Shown here: piece after piece, positions 56,429-64,000 of the stretch
Layout: every line of letters starts with the position of its first letter
How positions within the stretch are numbered: the stretch's first letter is position 1
IMG/VR virus record: IMGVR_UViG_3300034374_009547
Source: a virus
Lineage: Duplodnaviria; Caudoviricetes
DNA: 64,000 bases
Strand: one strand, 5' to 3'
Notes under the pieces: model-generated
What the model was told of the DNA's origin: nothing
Databases searched by the model: none
Seen by the model: the letters and a program-made list of their open reading frames with translations, nothing else
Translations under genes and position numbers: made by a program

Positions 56429-58107
56429 TGAAAGTATTTGTAGGATGGGATAGCAGAGAAGATATTGCTTATCAAGTTTGTAAAAGTAGTATTGAAGAAA
56501 CAAGTAGTGTACCTGTAGAAATTATTCCATTGAAACAAAAGTCACTGAGAGGTGACGGTGTATACACTCGTGAAATAGATCAACTCGCAAGCACAGAATT
56601 TACATTTACAAGATTTTTAATTCCGCATTTGTGTAACTATGAAGGTTGGGCATTGTTTATTGACTGCGATTTTGTTTTTCTAGAAGATATTAAACTGCTT
56701 TGGGATCAACGTGACGAAAGCAAAGCTGTAATGTGTGCTCATCATGATTATACACCTAAACCTGGGTCAACTAAAATGGATGGACAAGTACAACACGCTT
56801 ATCCAAGAAAAAATTGGTCGAGTATGATGCTAATAAATTGTGGTCATCCTGGTAATGCTAAATTAACTTTAGATGTAGTAAATGACATGGCAAGAACTGG
56901 TGCATACTTTCATAGATTTAGCTGGTTAAAAGACGAAGAAGTAGGTGAGCTTAGTCATGAATGGAATTGGCTAGTAGGTTGGTATGAAGAACCGGTTGAT
57001 GGAAAGCCAAAAGCACTACATTACACAGAAGGCGGACCTTGGTTTGATGATTATGCTACCTGTGAATATAATATAGAATGGTATAGAGCTCATATTCAAT
57101 ATGCTAAAAAAATGGAGCAAAGTTATCAATATAAGTTATATAGGGAACGTAACAAAGAAATAGATGTCGACGATTTATCCTATACGGAGTCAAAAAAAAA
57201 ATTAATTAAGCAATTTTTAAATAACTTAATTGATCCTACCCAAGTTTATTTTAAAAATGAAACAATAGAGAATGATGATGATATGGGAATAAAAACTGCT
57301 GCAATTGCTGTGCAAAAAGAAGAATTTAATTTAGAAAAAAAGGGATTAGAATACGATCCTTATCTGAAAGCATTTATAAATGGCAGCGGCGGTTTTATTA
57401 GCGACTTTGATAGAGAACAATATACAGATAACACTCTTGTTATTAGAGGCTTAGGCGGCGGTGGACAAAAAGCAATAAAATATTGTTTAGAAAATAAAAG
57501 AGATTTCTACGCAATTGATACTGGTTATATCCAACCAGGAACAAAAAAAGAATACCATCGTATTACAAAAAATAGTTTACAAGCATTAAATTTTAAACCT
57601 ATGGCAAGCGATCGTTTAGCAAAATTAAATTGGAAACCTGGCAAACCAAAAACTGGAAGTAAAATTTTAGTTGTTCCTCCGAGCGAAAAAGTTATGAAAT
57701 TTTACGATCAAGATCTTGATGCTTGGATGAAATTAACAATTGAAAACATCAAAAAACATACTGATCGTCCTATTGAAGTTAGATTAAAACCAGGAAGATC
57801 AGAAAGAGTTACAAAAAACACAATTTGGGATGCTATGGCTAATGATGTGTATTGCCTAGTAACATTTAATAGTATTGCTGCATCAGAAGCATTCTTATTT
57901 GGATTGCCTGCTATTGCACTAGCACCAAATGCTGCTAGTGCATTTTGCAATACTAGTATTGCAGACATTGAAAACAATTTACGTATACCTCATAGATCAA
58001 CACAAGTAGAACTTGCAAATTTTTTAAGTTATAATCAATTTACACAAGCAGAAATGAAAGACGGAACAGCATGGAGAATTCTCACAGAAAATTATGAAAG
58101 TAGTTAG
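56428..58107 (+). CDS. Two-domain glycosyltransferase: GT8-like N-terminus plus capsule-biosynthesis (KpsC/KpsS-like) C-terminus
   Basis: FVGWDSRE, STEFTFTRF, FIDCDF, YPRKNWSS, HYTEGGPW; C-terminal RPIEVRLKP, CLVTFNSIAASEAFLFGLP. Confidence 0.75.
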   Translation: MKVFVGWDSREDIAYQVCKSSIEETSSVPVEIIPLKQKSLRGDGVYTREIDQLASTEFTFTRFLIPHLCNYEGWALFIDCDFVFLEDIKLLWDQRDESKAVMCAHHDYTPKPGSTKMDGQVQHAYPRKNWSSMMLINCGHPGNAKLTLDVVNDMARTGAYFHRFSWLKDEEVGELSHEWNWLVGWYEEPVDGKPKALHYTEGGPWFDDYATCEYNIEWYRAHIQYAKKMEQSYQYKLYRERNKEIDVDDLSYTESKKKLIKQFLNNLIDPTQVYFKNETIENDDDMGIKTAAIAVQKEEFNLEKKGLEYDPYLKAFINGSGGFISDFDREQYTDNTLVIRGLGGGGQKAIKYCLENKRDFYAIDTGYIQPGTKKEYHRITKNSLQALNFKPMASDRLAKLNWKPGKPKTGSKILVVPPSEKVMKFYDQDLDAWMKLTIENIKKHTDRPIEVRLKPGRSERVTKNTIWDAMANDVYCLVTFNSIAASEAFLFGLPAIALAPNAASAFCNTSIADIENNLRIPHRSTQVELANFLSYNQFTQAEMKDGTAWRILTENYESS

Positions 58108-59023
58108 TTATCTAAGTGTTGTTCCTACTAAAAACAGCAATCAACAAAAAACAGAATTACTAAGAAGGTATGTAGAAGGCGTTCAAAAAAATGGTGACAC
58201 TGGTATACTACACACAGGCTATCAACTTATCCCTGCAGATGTAGCAGTAATTCAAGGATGGGTGTATGAAAATAAAGCACCTGTACATTTAAAGTTACGT
58301 AATGATGTTATAGAATATCAAAAATTGCGAGACAGGTATACGTGTGCTGCTGATGCAAATTTATTAAATTATGCAAACAAACAAAATCCATTAGGATATC
58401 TACGGTATAGTTTTAATGGAGTTTTCCCTCATACTGGAATATATTGTGATAATAACATAGATGTTCAACGATGGAATAAAATTTCTGCAAATTATAAGAT
58501 AAAGATAGAACCAACAAAAAGAAAAGGTAAATGGATTATACTTATGCTCCAACGAAACGGAGGTTGGAGTATGCAAGGAGAAGATGTACAAGATTGGGCA
58601 TTAAAAACTATAAAAAGAATACGCAAATACACAGATAGACCTATTCTAATAAGAGCACATCCTGGCGACCAAAAAGCACAGCATTATCTAAATGAAAGAC
58701 GCACTAGACTAAAAAATTTACCAGGAGTAAAAATATCTCCAATTGGCAGAAGTTTAGAAGAAGATTTAACTAAATGTTGGGCAGTTGTAAATCATAATAG
58801 TAGTGCAGTAGTTGGTCCTATGATACAAGGCTATCATACATTTATTACAGATGCAGGAGCAAGTCAATGTAGAGACGCTGCAAATACCGAATTGCAGTAT
58901 ATCGAGAATCCTTTAGAATTTGATAGAGAAAAATGGGCTCAACGAATAAGTATGTTTACTTGGAACTTTGCAGAATTATCATCTGGTGAATGCTGGTCAC
59001 ATATGAAAAATTATTGCCAATAA
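58094..59023 (+). CDS. Capsule-biosynthesis-like (KpsC/KpsS-type) glycosyltransferase
   Basis: RPILIRAHPGD, WAVVNHNSSAVVGPMIQG, WNFAELSSG. Confidence 0.6.
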   Translation: MKVVSYLSVVPTKNSNQQKTELLRRYVEGVQKNGDTGILHTGYQLIPADVAVIQGWVYENKAPVHLKLRNDVIEYQKLRDRYTCAADANLLNYANKQNPLGYLRYSFNGVFPHTGIYCDNNIDVQRWNKISANYKIKIEPTKRKGKWIILMLQRNGGWSMQGEDVQDWALKTIKRIRKYTDRPILIRAHPGDQKAQHYLNERRTRLKNLPGVKISPIGRSLEEDLTKCWAVVNHNSSAVVGPMIQGYHTFITDAGASQCRDAANTELQYIENPLEFDREKWAQRISMFTWNFAELSSGECWSHMKNYCQ

Positions 59024-59835
59024 GATTCATTGCGTTGCACAATTAAATCTTTAGGTTTGTTACTTTTACCTACTTCTTTTCTGTCACCTTTTAGGTGATC
59101 AAAATATTTTCCTAAATCGCTATTAATCATAGGATGTCCTTCACCGTTAATCAAGTTACCACTTATATTGTAATACTTGCTTTGAGGACTTTTACTTTGT
59201 ATTGTTTTTCTAACTTCTTCAAATACATAACTATCGTGCCATTCTTCCATTTTGAAAATTCCGTTTTCTGCATCTTCGTAAACACGTTCAAATTCTTTTA
59301 AAAAGTTTTGCCCAATTTTAGTTTTCAAATTAATACCGTAGAAGCCGCACTCTGGCCATTTCTTACCTCTACCCAAATAGCTCATCCATGCTTGTTCTGG
59401 ACAAAATCTTGCAATGTCGTTGTATGTTGCAGGTGAATGTACATATGTATCTGCATCTAACCAAATTAACCAATCTGTATTACAACGTTGTGCAGCATCA
59501 AACACAGCATACACTTTGTTAGCAAAACGTATGGCATGCCATTTAAATTCTTTATGCCAGTCTCTTGGTCTACGTGCTTTTATCTCAGGTGGACATTTAC
59601 CATTTGCTTTTGGTACATTTTTCCATCGTTCCTTAAACGCAACAAGTTTTGGAAGTTCTGCTTTTTGATCTAAAATTATAATACGACTATCATTTGTTTG
59701 CGGTACGCAATCTTCTGCATATAAGTACAATGTAAATTGTTTATCAATGTTTTTACTAAAACTATCGATAAATCGTTGCCCGTACAAGTCAAGTACAGGT
59801 TTATGAAAAGTTGAAACAAATGAAATAGTTTGCAC
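59011..59835 (-). CDS. GT-A-fold glycosyltransferase
   Basis: FANKVYA, IWLDADT (DxD), ECGF, EEWHDSYVF, DHLKG; GTG start with SD AAGGA. Confidence 0.7.
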   Translation of the reverse strand: MQTISFVSTFHKPVLDLYGQRFIDSFSKNIDKQFTLYLYAEDCVPQTNDSRIIILDQKAELPKLVAFKERWKNVPKANGKCPPEIKARRPRDWHKEFKWHAIRFANKVYAVFDAAQRCNTDWLIWLDADTYVHSPATYNDIARFCPEQAWMSYLGRGKKWPECGFYGINLKTKIGQNFLKEFERVYEDAENGIFKMEEWHDSYVFEEVRKTIQSKSPQSKYYNISGNLINGEGHPMINSDLGKYFDHLKGDRKEVGKSNKPKDLIVQRNESYWQ

Positions 59836-59847
59836 AATAAAGTCCTT

Positions 59848-59872
59848 GTTAAATAATACTGGAGTATTTACA
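59848..59872. promoter_or_regulatory. Face-to-face late-type promoters
   Basis: GTTAAATA on plus (59848-55) and TGTAAATA on minus (59872-65) between divergent genes. Confidence 0.55.
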
Positions 59873-59873
59873 A

Positions 59874-60719
59874 ATGAGATTTAGTTTATTTCCGCAATTT
59901 GGTGCAATGAACAGCAAACCTGTCTTTGAAGCATTTGAACACAGCTTACGCAAAGCTGGCCATATGGTAGAATACGATAGTATGCACGCCGATGTAGCTG
60001 TTATATGGAGCGTGTTATTTCACGGCAGAATGGCTGCAAATAAACCTATTTGGGATTACTATACAAAGACAGGTAAAAAAGTTATTGTATTAGAAGTTGG
60101 CGGAATCAAAAGAGGAACAACATGGAAGGTAGGACTTAATGGTATTAATCGTGATGGTTATTTTGGCAATACTGGTGCCAGCGGTGATCGTGCTACTGCG
60201 CTCGAAATAAATCTTAAACAATGGAAAGACGAAGGCGAGTATATATTAATATGCGGCCAACATGATAAAAGTCTACAATGGCAGAATATGCCACGTATGA
60301 GTCATTGGATAATGAATATAATAGATGAAGTACAAAGGTATTGTGATAAACCAATTGTTTTTAGACCACATCCAAGATGTAGATTAGATCACATTGAAAG
60401 ACAATACAAAAATGTTTATAGAGACGATCCTATAAAACTTGATAATACATACGACGACTATAATTTAAGTTTTAAAGATTGTCATGCTGTAATAAGTTGG
60501 AGTAGTAATCCAGGACCGCAAGCTATATTAGCAGGTGTTCCAGTTTTTTGTGGTCCAAGTAGTTTAGCATATGATGTAGGTAACAAAGATATTAGTACAA
60601 TAAAATATCCATTAAAACCAAATAGAAAACAATGGCTTAACGATTACGCTTGGACTGAATTTACTATAGAAGAAATAGCCAACGGTATCCCTTTGAAAAG
60701 ATTGACTTCTCGCTTATAA
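59874..60719 (+). CDS. Capsule-biosynthesis-like (KpsC/KpsS-type) glycosyltransferase, third paralogue
   Basis: KPIVFRPHP, AVISWSSNPGPQAILAGVP, FTIEEIANG; SD GGAG. Confidence 0.6.
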   Translation: MRFSLFPQFGAMNSKPVFEAFEHSLRKAGHMVEYDSMHADVAVIWSVLFHGRMAANKPIWDYYTKTGKKVIVLEVGGIKRGTTWKVGLNGINRDGYFGNTGASGDRATALEINLKQWKDEGEYILICGQHDKSLQWQNMPRMSHWIMNIIDEVQRYCDKPIVFRPHPRCRLDHIERQYKNVYRDDPIKLDNTYDDYNLSFKDCHAVISWSSNPGPQAILAGVPVFCGPSSLAYDVGNKDISTIKYPLKPNRKQWLNDYAWTEFTIEEIANGIPLKRLTSRL

Positions 60720-60730
60720 TTTGTTATACT
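60702..60730 (+). promoter_or_regulatory. Sigma70-type promoter; predicted start site coincides with ATG
   Basis: TTGACT (60702-07), 17 nt, TATACT (60725-30), ATG at 60737. Confidence 0.8.
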
Positions 60731-60736
60731 TAACGT

Positions 60737-61921
60737 ATGGAATTTATAGAAGATTATCTACAACATATTTGTGAAAAAAAGCTAGATAGCTTTAACAGGG
60801 TTGATTCAATTTACTTTAGTATTTACAAACAAGTTACTAAAGGAATTGGATTGACAGATAGGCAATACAATCTTATACACAAAAAAATAAGTGAATATTT
60901 TGACATTAGCGTAGATGTACAAACAAAAATACCTATGCGCAAAATTGATAGAAGCAAGTATATAAAGTTAGTTGATACATCAGATGTCTATGGACACGAT
61001 AATGTTTATGAAAGTTACAAATCTAAATGGACATGGATTAAAGTACGGTTTCCTTTTAGTAAAAAAGATATTTGTAAAATTGAAAAATTAAAATATGATG
61101 TTGGCATAAGTGAATACTATCATAGTAAAGGTTCTCACGAACACTATTTTAAATTGTCTTACATTAATGCATTTCATGTTTGTAAATATTTTAAAAATAC
61201 AGAATTTGATATTGCAGATGATATTTTATTATATGCAGATGAAACAAAAAAAGTATTAGAAAACAGAGACAATCATGTTCCTATGCTTAGTGGAAATACA
61301 ATAATCAATGTACATGATAACATTACTAATCTAACAAAAAATTTAACTTACATACAAAAAGTTGATCAACATATAAGATACGGTTATGAAATACAAAGAA
61401 TTAAACCACGCTATCTTATAGAAAAAATTGCATATAGAAATAATCGTATTGTTCCTGTTGATCCAAATGAAAACAGCCTGTATGATATTGCAAAAGCAAT
61501 AAATACTTTGCAAAGATTTCCTTTGCTTGTATTAATTGATACTGATTTACCAAATTCTAGTATGTATGAACAAATAGTAGAATGGCACACTGCTTTTTCT
61601 AATTTTGTTGAAGTTAAACAACAAAGTGTTTTGTTTAGAGTAGAAACAAAAGATATTGAAAATAATTCATTAAATGATTTTGTAAAAGATAAACAACTAA
61701 ACAATTGGGTTGACGAAAACACAAAAGTAGTGTATATTAAAAAGAACAAATTACCTAAATTACTAATCGATAGTTTTAAACCAATTTGTGCTGTTAGTAA
61801 AACTGCTACAAGATGGGGTGGTAATTTAGGTGCGTATGTAGATCATAATTGTGATTGTGTTATTGTACATGAAACAATCGATTATGGATTTTACAAAGGA
61901 AGATTTAGTGACAACCTGTAA
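60737..61921 (+). CDS. Hypothetical protein (394 aa)
   Basis: Long AT-rich ORF preceding and overlapping uvsW; no motif recognised. Confidence 0.75.
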   Translation: MEFIEDYLQHICEKKLDSFNRVDSIYFSIYKQVTKGIGLTDRQYNLIHKKISEYFDISVDVQTKIPMRKIDRSKYIKLVDTSDVYGHDNVYESYKSKWTWIKVRFPFSKKDICKIEKLKYDVGISEYYHSKGSHEHYFKLSYINAFHVCKYFKNTEFDIADDILLYADETKKVLENRDNHVPMLSGNTIINVHDNITNLTKNLTYIQKVDQHIRYGYEIQRIKPRYLIEKIAYRNNRIVPVDPNENSLYDIAKAINTLQRFPLLVLIDTDLPNSSMYEQIVEWHTAFSNFVEVKQQSVLFRVETKDIENNSLNDFVKDKQLNNWVDENTKVVYIKKNKLPKLLIDSFKPICAVSKTATRWGGNLGAYVDHNCDCVIVHETIDYGFYKGRFSDNL

Positions 61922-63371
61922 ACTTATTATCGAGGATGAAGTAAACATCAAACTAGAAGGATTAGATGTAGATGTACGGAGAAAGTTATCAAATGCTCTC
62001 AAGTTCGATGTGCCATACGCACGATATATGCCGCAGTATAAACTTGGACGTTGGGACGGCAAAGTTGCTTTTTTTGGTATTGGGGGTACAGGCTATGTTA
62101 ATCATCTTGACGTCATTGTGGATGTACTTGAAAAAAACAGAGTAAGCATTGTAGACATTGAAGACAATCGTCATCCTATTCAACTTGACTTTCCACAAGT
62201 AACTGAACGCTATTGGGCAGATCAAGGTGTATGTTGGCCTAAAGGACATCCAGCCGAAGGCGAAGAAATCATTCTGCGTGACTATCAAGTAGAAGCAATC
62301 AATAACTTTGCAAACAATCCACAGAGTCTACAACAGATTGCTACAGGTGCAGGCAAGACTATTACTACTGCTACACTATCACATATGAGTGAAAAGTATG
62401 GACGCAGTTTGGTTATTGTCCCCAATAAGTCGCTAGTTGAGCAAACTGAAGAAGACTATATTAACTGCGGCTTAGATGTAGGTGTATACTTTGGTGATAG
62501 AAAGATGTTAAACAAAACACATACTATTTGTACATGGCAAAGTTTAAACATACTTGACAAACGACACAAAGATGGCGAAGCAGTATTATCACTAGCAGAG
62601 TTTTTAGAAGGTGTTAGCACGGTAATTGTAGACGAGGTACACCAAGCAAAAGCAGAAGTATTAAAAAACTTACTAACACGCAACTTGCGTAATGCTCCAA
62701 TACGTTGGGGATTAACTGGCACCATACCTAAAGAGAAGTTTGAATTTGAATCAATACATGCAAGTTTAGGTCCAGTTATTGGAGAAATTACAGCAAAAGA
62801 ATTACAAGACAAAGGTGTACTATCGCAATGTCATGTTAATATTGTACAACTTATTGATACGGTAGCACATAATAATTATCAAGAAGAATTAAAATACTTA
62901 ACAACAAATAAAGCAAGAATTGAATATATAGGCAAATTATTAAACACGGTAAAACAATCAGGCAATACTCTAATACTTGTTGATAGGATTTCAGCAGGCG
63001 AGATCCTACAAGAACTTATTCCAGGATCTACTTTTGTTAAAGGTGATGTTAAACTAAAGGATAGAAAAGATGCATATGACGAAATTAACACGGCAGATAA
63101 TCAAGTGGTTATTGCCACTTATGGTGTTGCTGCTGTTGGTATTAATATCCCTCGCATCTTTAATTTGGTTCTTATTGAACCCGGAAAATCTTTTGTTAGA
63201 GTTATTCAAAGTATAGGCAGAGGCGTAAGAAAGGCAAAGGACAAAGACTTCGTACAAATATGGGATCTTACAAGCACTTGTAAGTTTGCGAAGCGGCACC
63301 TTACTCAACGTAAAAAGTTTTACAAAGAGGCGCAGTATCCATTTACAATAGAAAAAGTAGATTGGAATTAA
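61908..63371 (+). CDS. uvsW: SF2 DNA helicase (T4 UvsW-like)
   Basis: LRDYQ, ATGAGKT, VDEVH, GLTGT, ATYGVAAVGINI, QSIGRGVR; GTG at 61908 with SD AAGGA preferred over 61851. Confidence 0.92.
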   Translation: MTTCKLIIEDEVNIKLEGLDVDVRRKLSNALKFDVPYARYMPQYKLGRWDGKVAFFGIGGTGYVNHLDVIVDVLEKNRVSIVDIEDNRHPIQLDFPQVTERYWADQGVCWPKGHPAEGEEIILRDYQVEAINNFANNPQSLQQIATGAGKTITTATLSHMSEKYGRSLVIVPNKSLVEQTEEDYINCGLDVGVYFGDRKMLNKTHTICTWQSLNILDKRHKDGEAVLSLAEFLEGVSTVIVDEVHQAKAEVLKNLLTRNLRNAPIRWGLTGTIPKEKFEFESIHASLGPVIGEITAKELQDKGVLSQCHVNIVQLIDTVAHNNYQEELKYLTTNKARIEYIGKLLNTVKQSGNTLILVDRISAGEILQELIPGSTFVKGDVKLKDRKDAYDEINTADNQVVIATYGVAAVGINIPRIFNLVLIEPGKSFVRVIQSIGRGVRKAKDKDFVQIWDLTSTCKFAKRHLTQRKKFYKEAQYPFTIEKVDWN

Positions 63372-63878
63372 ATGAATATACTTACACTAGAAAACAAAAG
63401 TTTTAATTTAAATCAATTACCGGACGAAGTTGACGATACAATGAGGTTTAGTGTACTAGATAATAGCAATCCTCAAGATCCTGATTTCTTTTTTAATCCA
63501 TTAATATTTTTAGAAAGTTTTAACTCACCAGCAGCAGTAATTGAAATCAACGGTAATGAAATTGTAATGCCTTTAGATTGGTGTATTGCAGTTGGTTGTA
63601 GTCATGCAGGAAGTGACTTAGAAGTACTACCTTTAACAAGTTTAAATGAAAGAGGTTTTGAAGCATTCCTTTTTAATCCACTTACAGGTTATCAACCAAA
63701 ATTTGGTACAATTGAAATAGTTAATTTTTATAATGATGTTAAATGGTATTTTCCAAAAATGAAAAACGGGCAATTGTTAAGTGTGCCAATTACAGAAGGT
63801 GAAAATCCTTTCTGTGCATACTTTGTTAAAGATATTAGTAGACAATGCGAAATTGTTGACTTTGGTAAATTATTATAG
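63372..63878 (+). CDS. Hypothetical protein (168 aa)
   Basis: ORF abutting uvsW; no motif recognised. Confidence 0.75.
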   Translation: MNILTLENKSFNLNQLPDEVDDTMRFSVLDNSNPQDPDFFFNPLIFLESFNSPAAVIEINGNEIVMPLDWCIAVGCSHAGSDLEVLPLTSLNERGFEAFLFNPLTGYQPKFGTIEIVNFYNDVKWYFPKMKNGQLLSVPITEGENPFCAYFVKDISRQCEIVDFGKLL

Positions 63879-63887
63879 GAGAACAAA

Positions 63888-64000
63888 ATGAAAGCAGGAA
63901 AGATTTGGGGACAAACTGAACTTATCCACGCTAACGGTGTGTTAGAGTTTCACCGTATTGAATTCAAAGGTGGCTACAAGTGTAGCGAACACGAACACAG
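63888..64000 (+). CDS. Cupin-fold protein, 5' part (runs off the window)
   Basis: SD AGGAG; MKAGKIWGQTELIHANGVLEFHRIEFKGGYKCSEHEH. Confidence 0.6.
   Translation, partial: MKAGKIWGQTELIHANGVLEFHRIEFKGGYKCSEHEH

Noticed and set aside
390-63308. Many 60-230-aa antisense or alternate-frame ORFs in the track (e.g. 390-611, 2361-2759, 21808-22431, 24580-25272, 36278-36646)
   Set aside because: They lie fully inside long, motif-supported genes, lack SD and promoter signals, and look like shadows of biased codon usage.
45035-63371. Inteins or group I introns in terminase, UvsX or UvsW
   Set aside because: Lengths are normal and no Hint or homing-endonuclease motifs or frame interruptions are visible.
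1-64000. CRISPR array or alternative genetic code
   Set aside because: No regularly spaced nucleotide repeats; core genes are full length in code 11 and end in TAA, TAG or TGA.
1-64000. Avoidance of GATC, GANTC, GGCC or CCGG
   Set aside because: All occur repeatedly on inspection; only ACWGT looked depleted.

Overview
An AT-rich 64-kb segment of a large (jumbo-type) T4-related myovirus, probably aquatic. It has no tRNA, rRNA, CRISPR array, integrase, transposase, intein or reverse transcriptase. Gene order: head module (gp21 protease, gp22 scaffold, gp23 major capsid); an accessory block (radical SAM/SPASM, MetF-like, cold-shock-like, and a promoter-to-terminator ORF-less ~280-nt probable structured RNA); two giant paralogous virion/fibre proteins (3129 and 3617 aa); a small-peptide plus glycosyltransferase operon; neck/tail genes (gp15, gp14, gp13, gp18, gp19, gp48/54-like); packaging genes (gp4, gp16-like, gp17); probable internal head proteins with peptidoglycan-binding and LysM modules; gp32, UvsX, UvsY; a ~9-kb sugar-modification island; and UvsW. 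Main observations: (1) the giant virion proteins carry 12 and 3 tandem ~140-160-aa helical repeats whose core KCxRD...YGGN resembles the bilin-binding Cys84-Arg86-Asp87 helix of phycobiliproteins; (2) the pentamer ACAGT/ACTGT appears systematically avoided through synonymous codon choice; (3) the candidate ncRNA next to a cold-shock-like protein; (4) an uncharged Ser/Thr-rich 59-aa ORF, missing from the ORF track, heads an operon with a glycosyltransferase and a protein built of seven GT-A-like units; (5) T4-like late promoters (NATAAATA-type) often sit only 4-7 nt before ATG, implying leaderless mRNAs. All assignments come from manual motif recognition; no database searches or computations were run.
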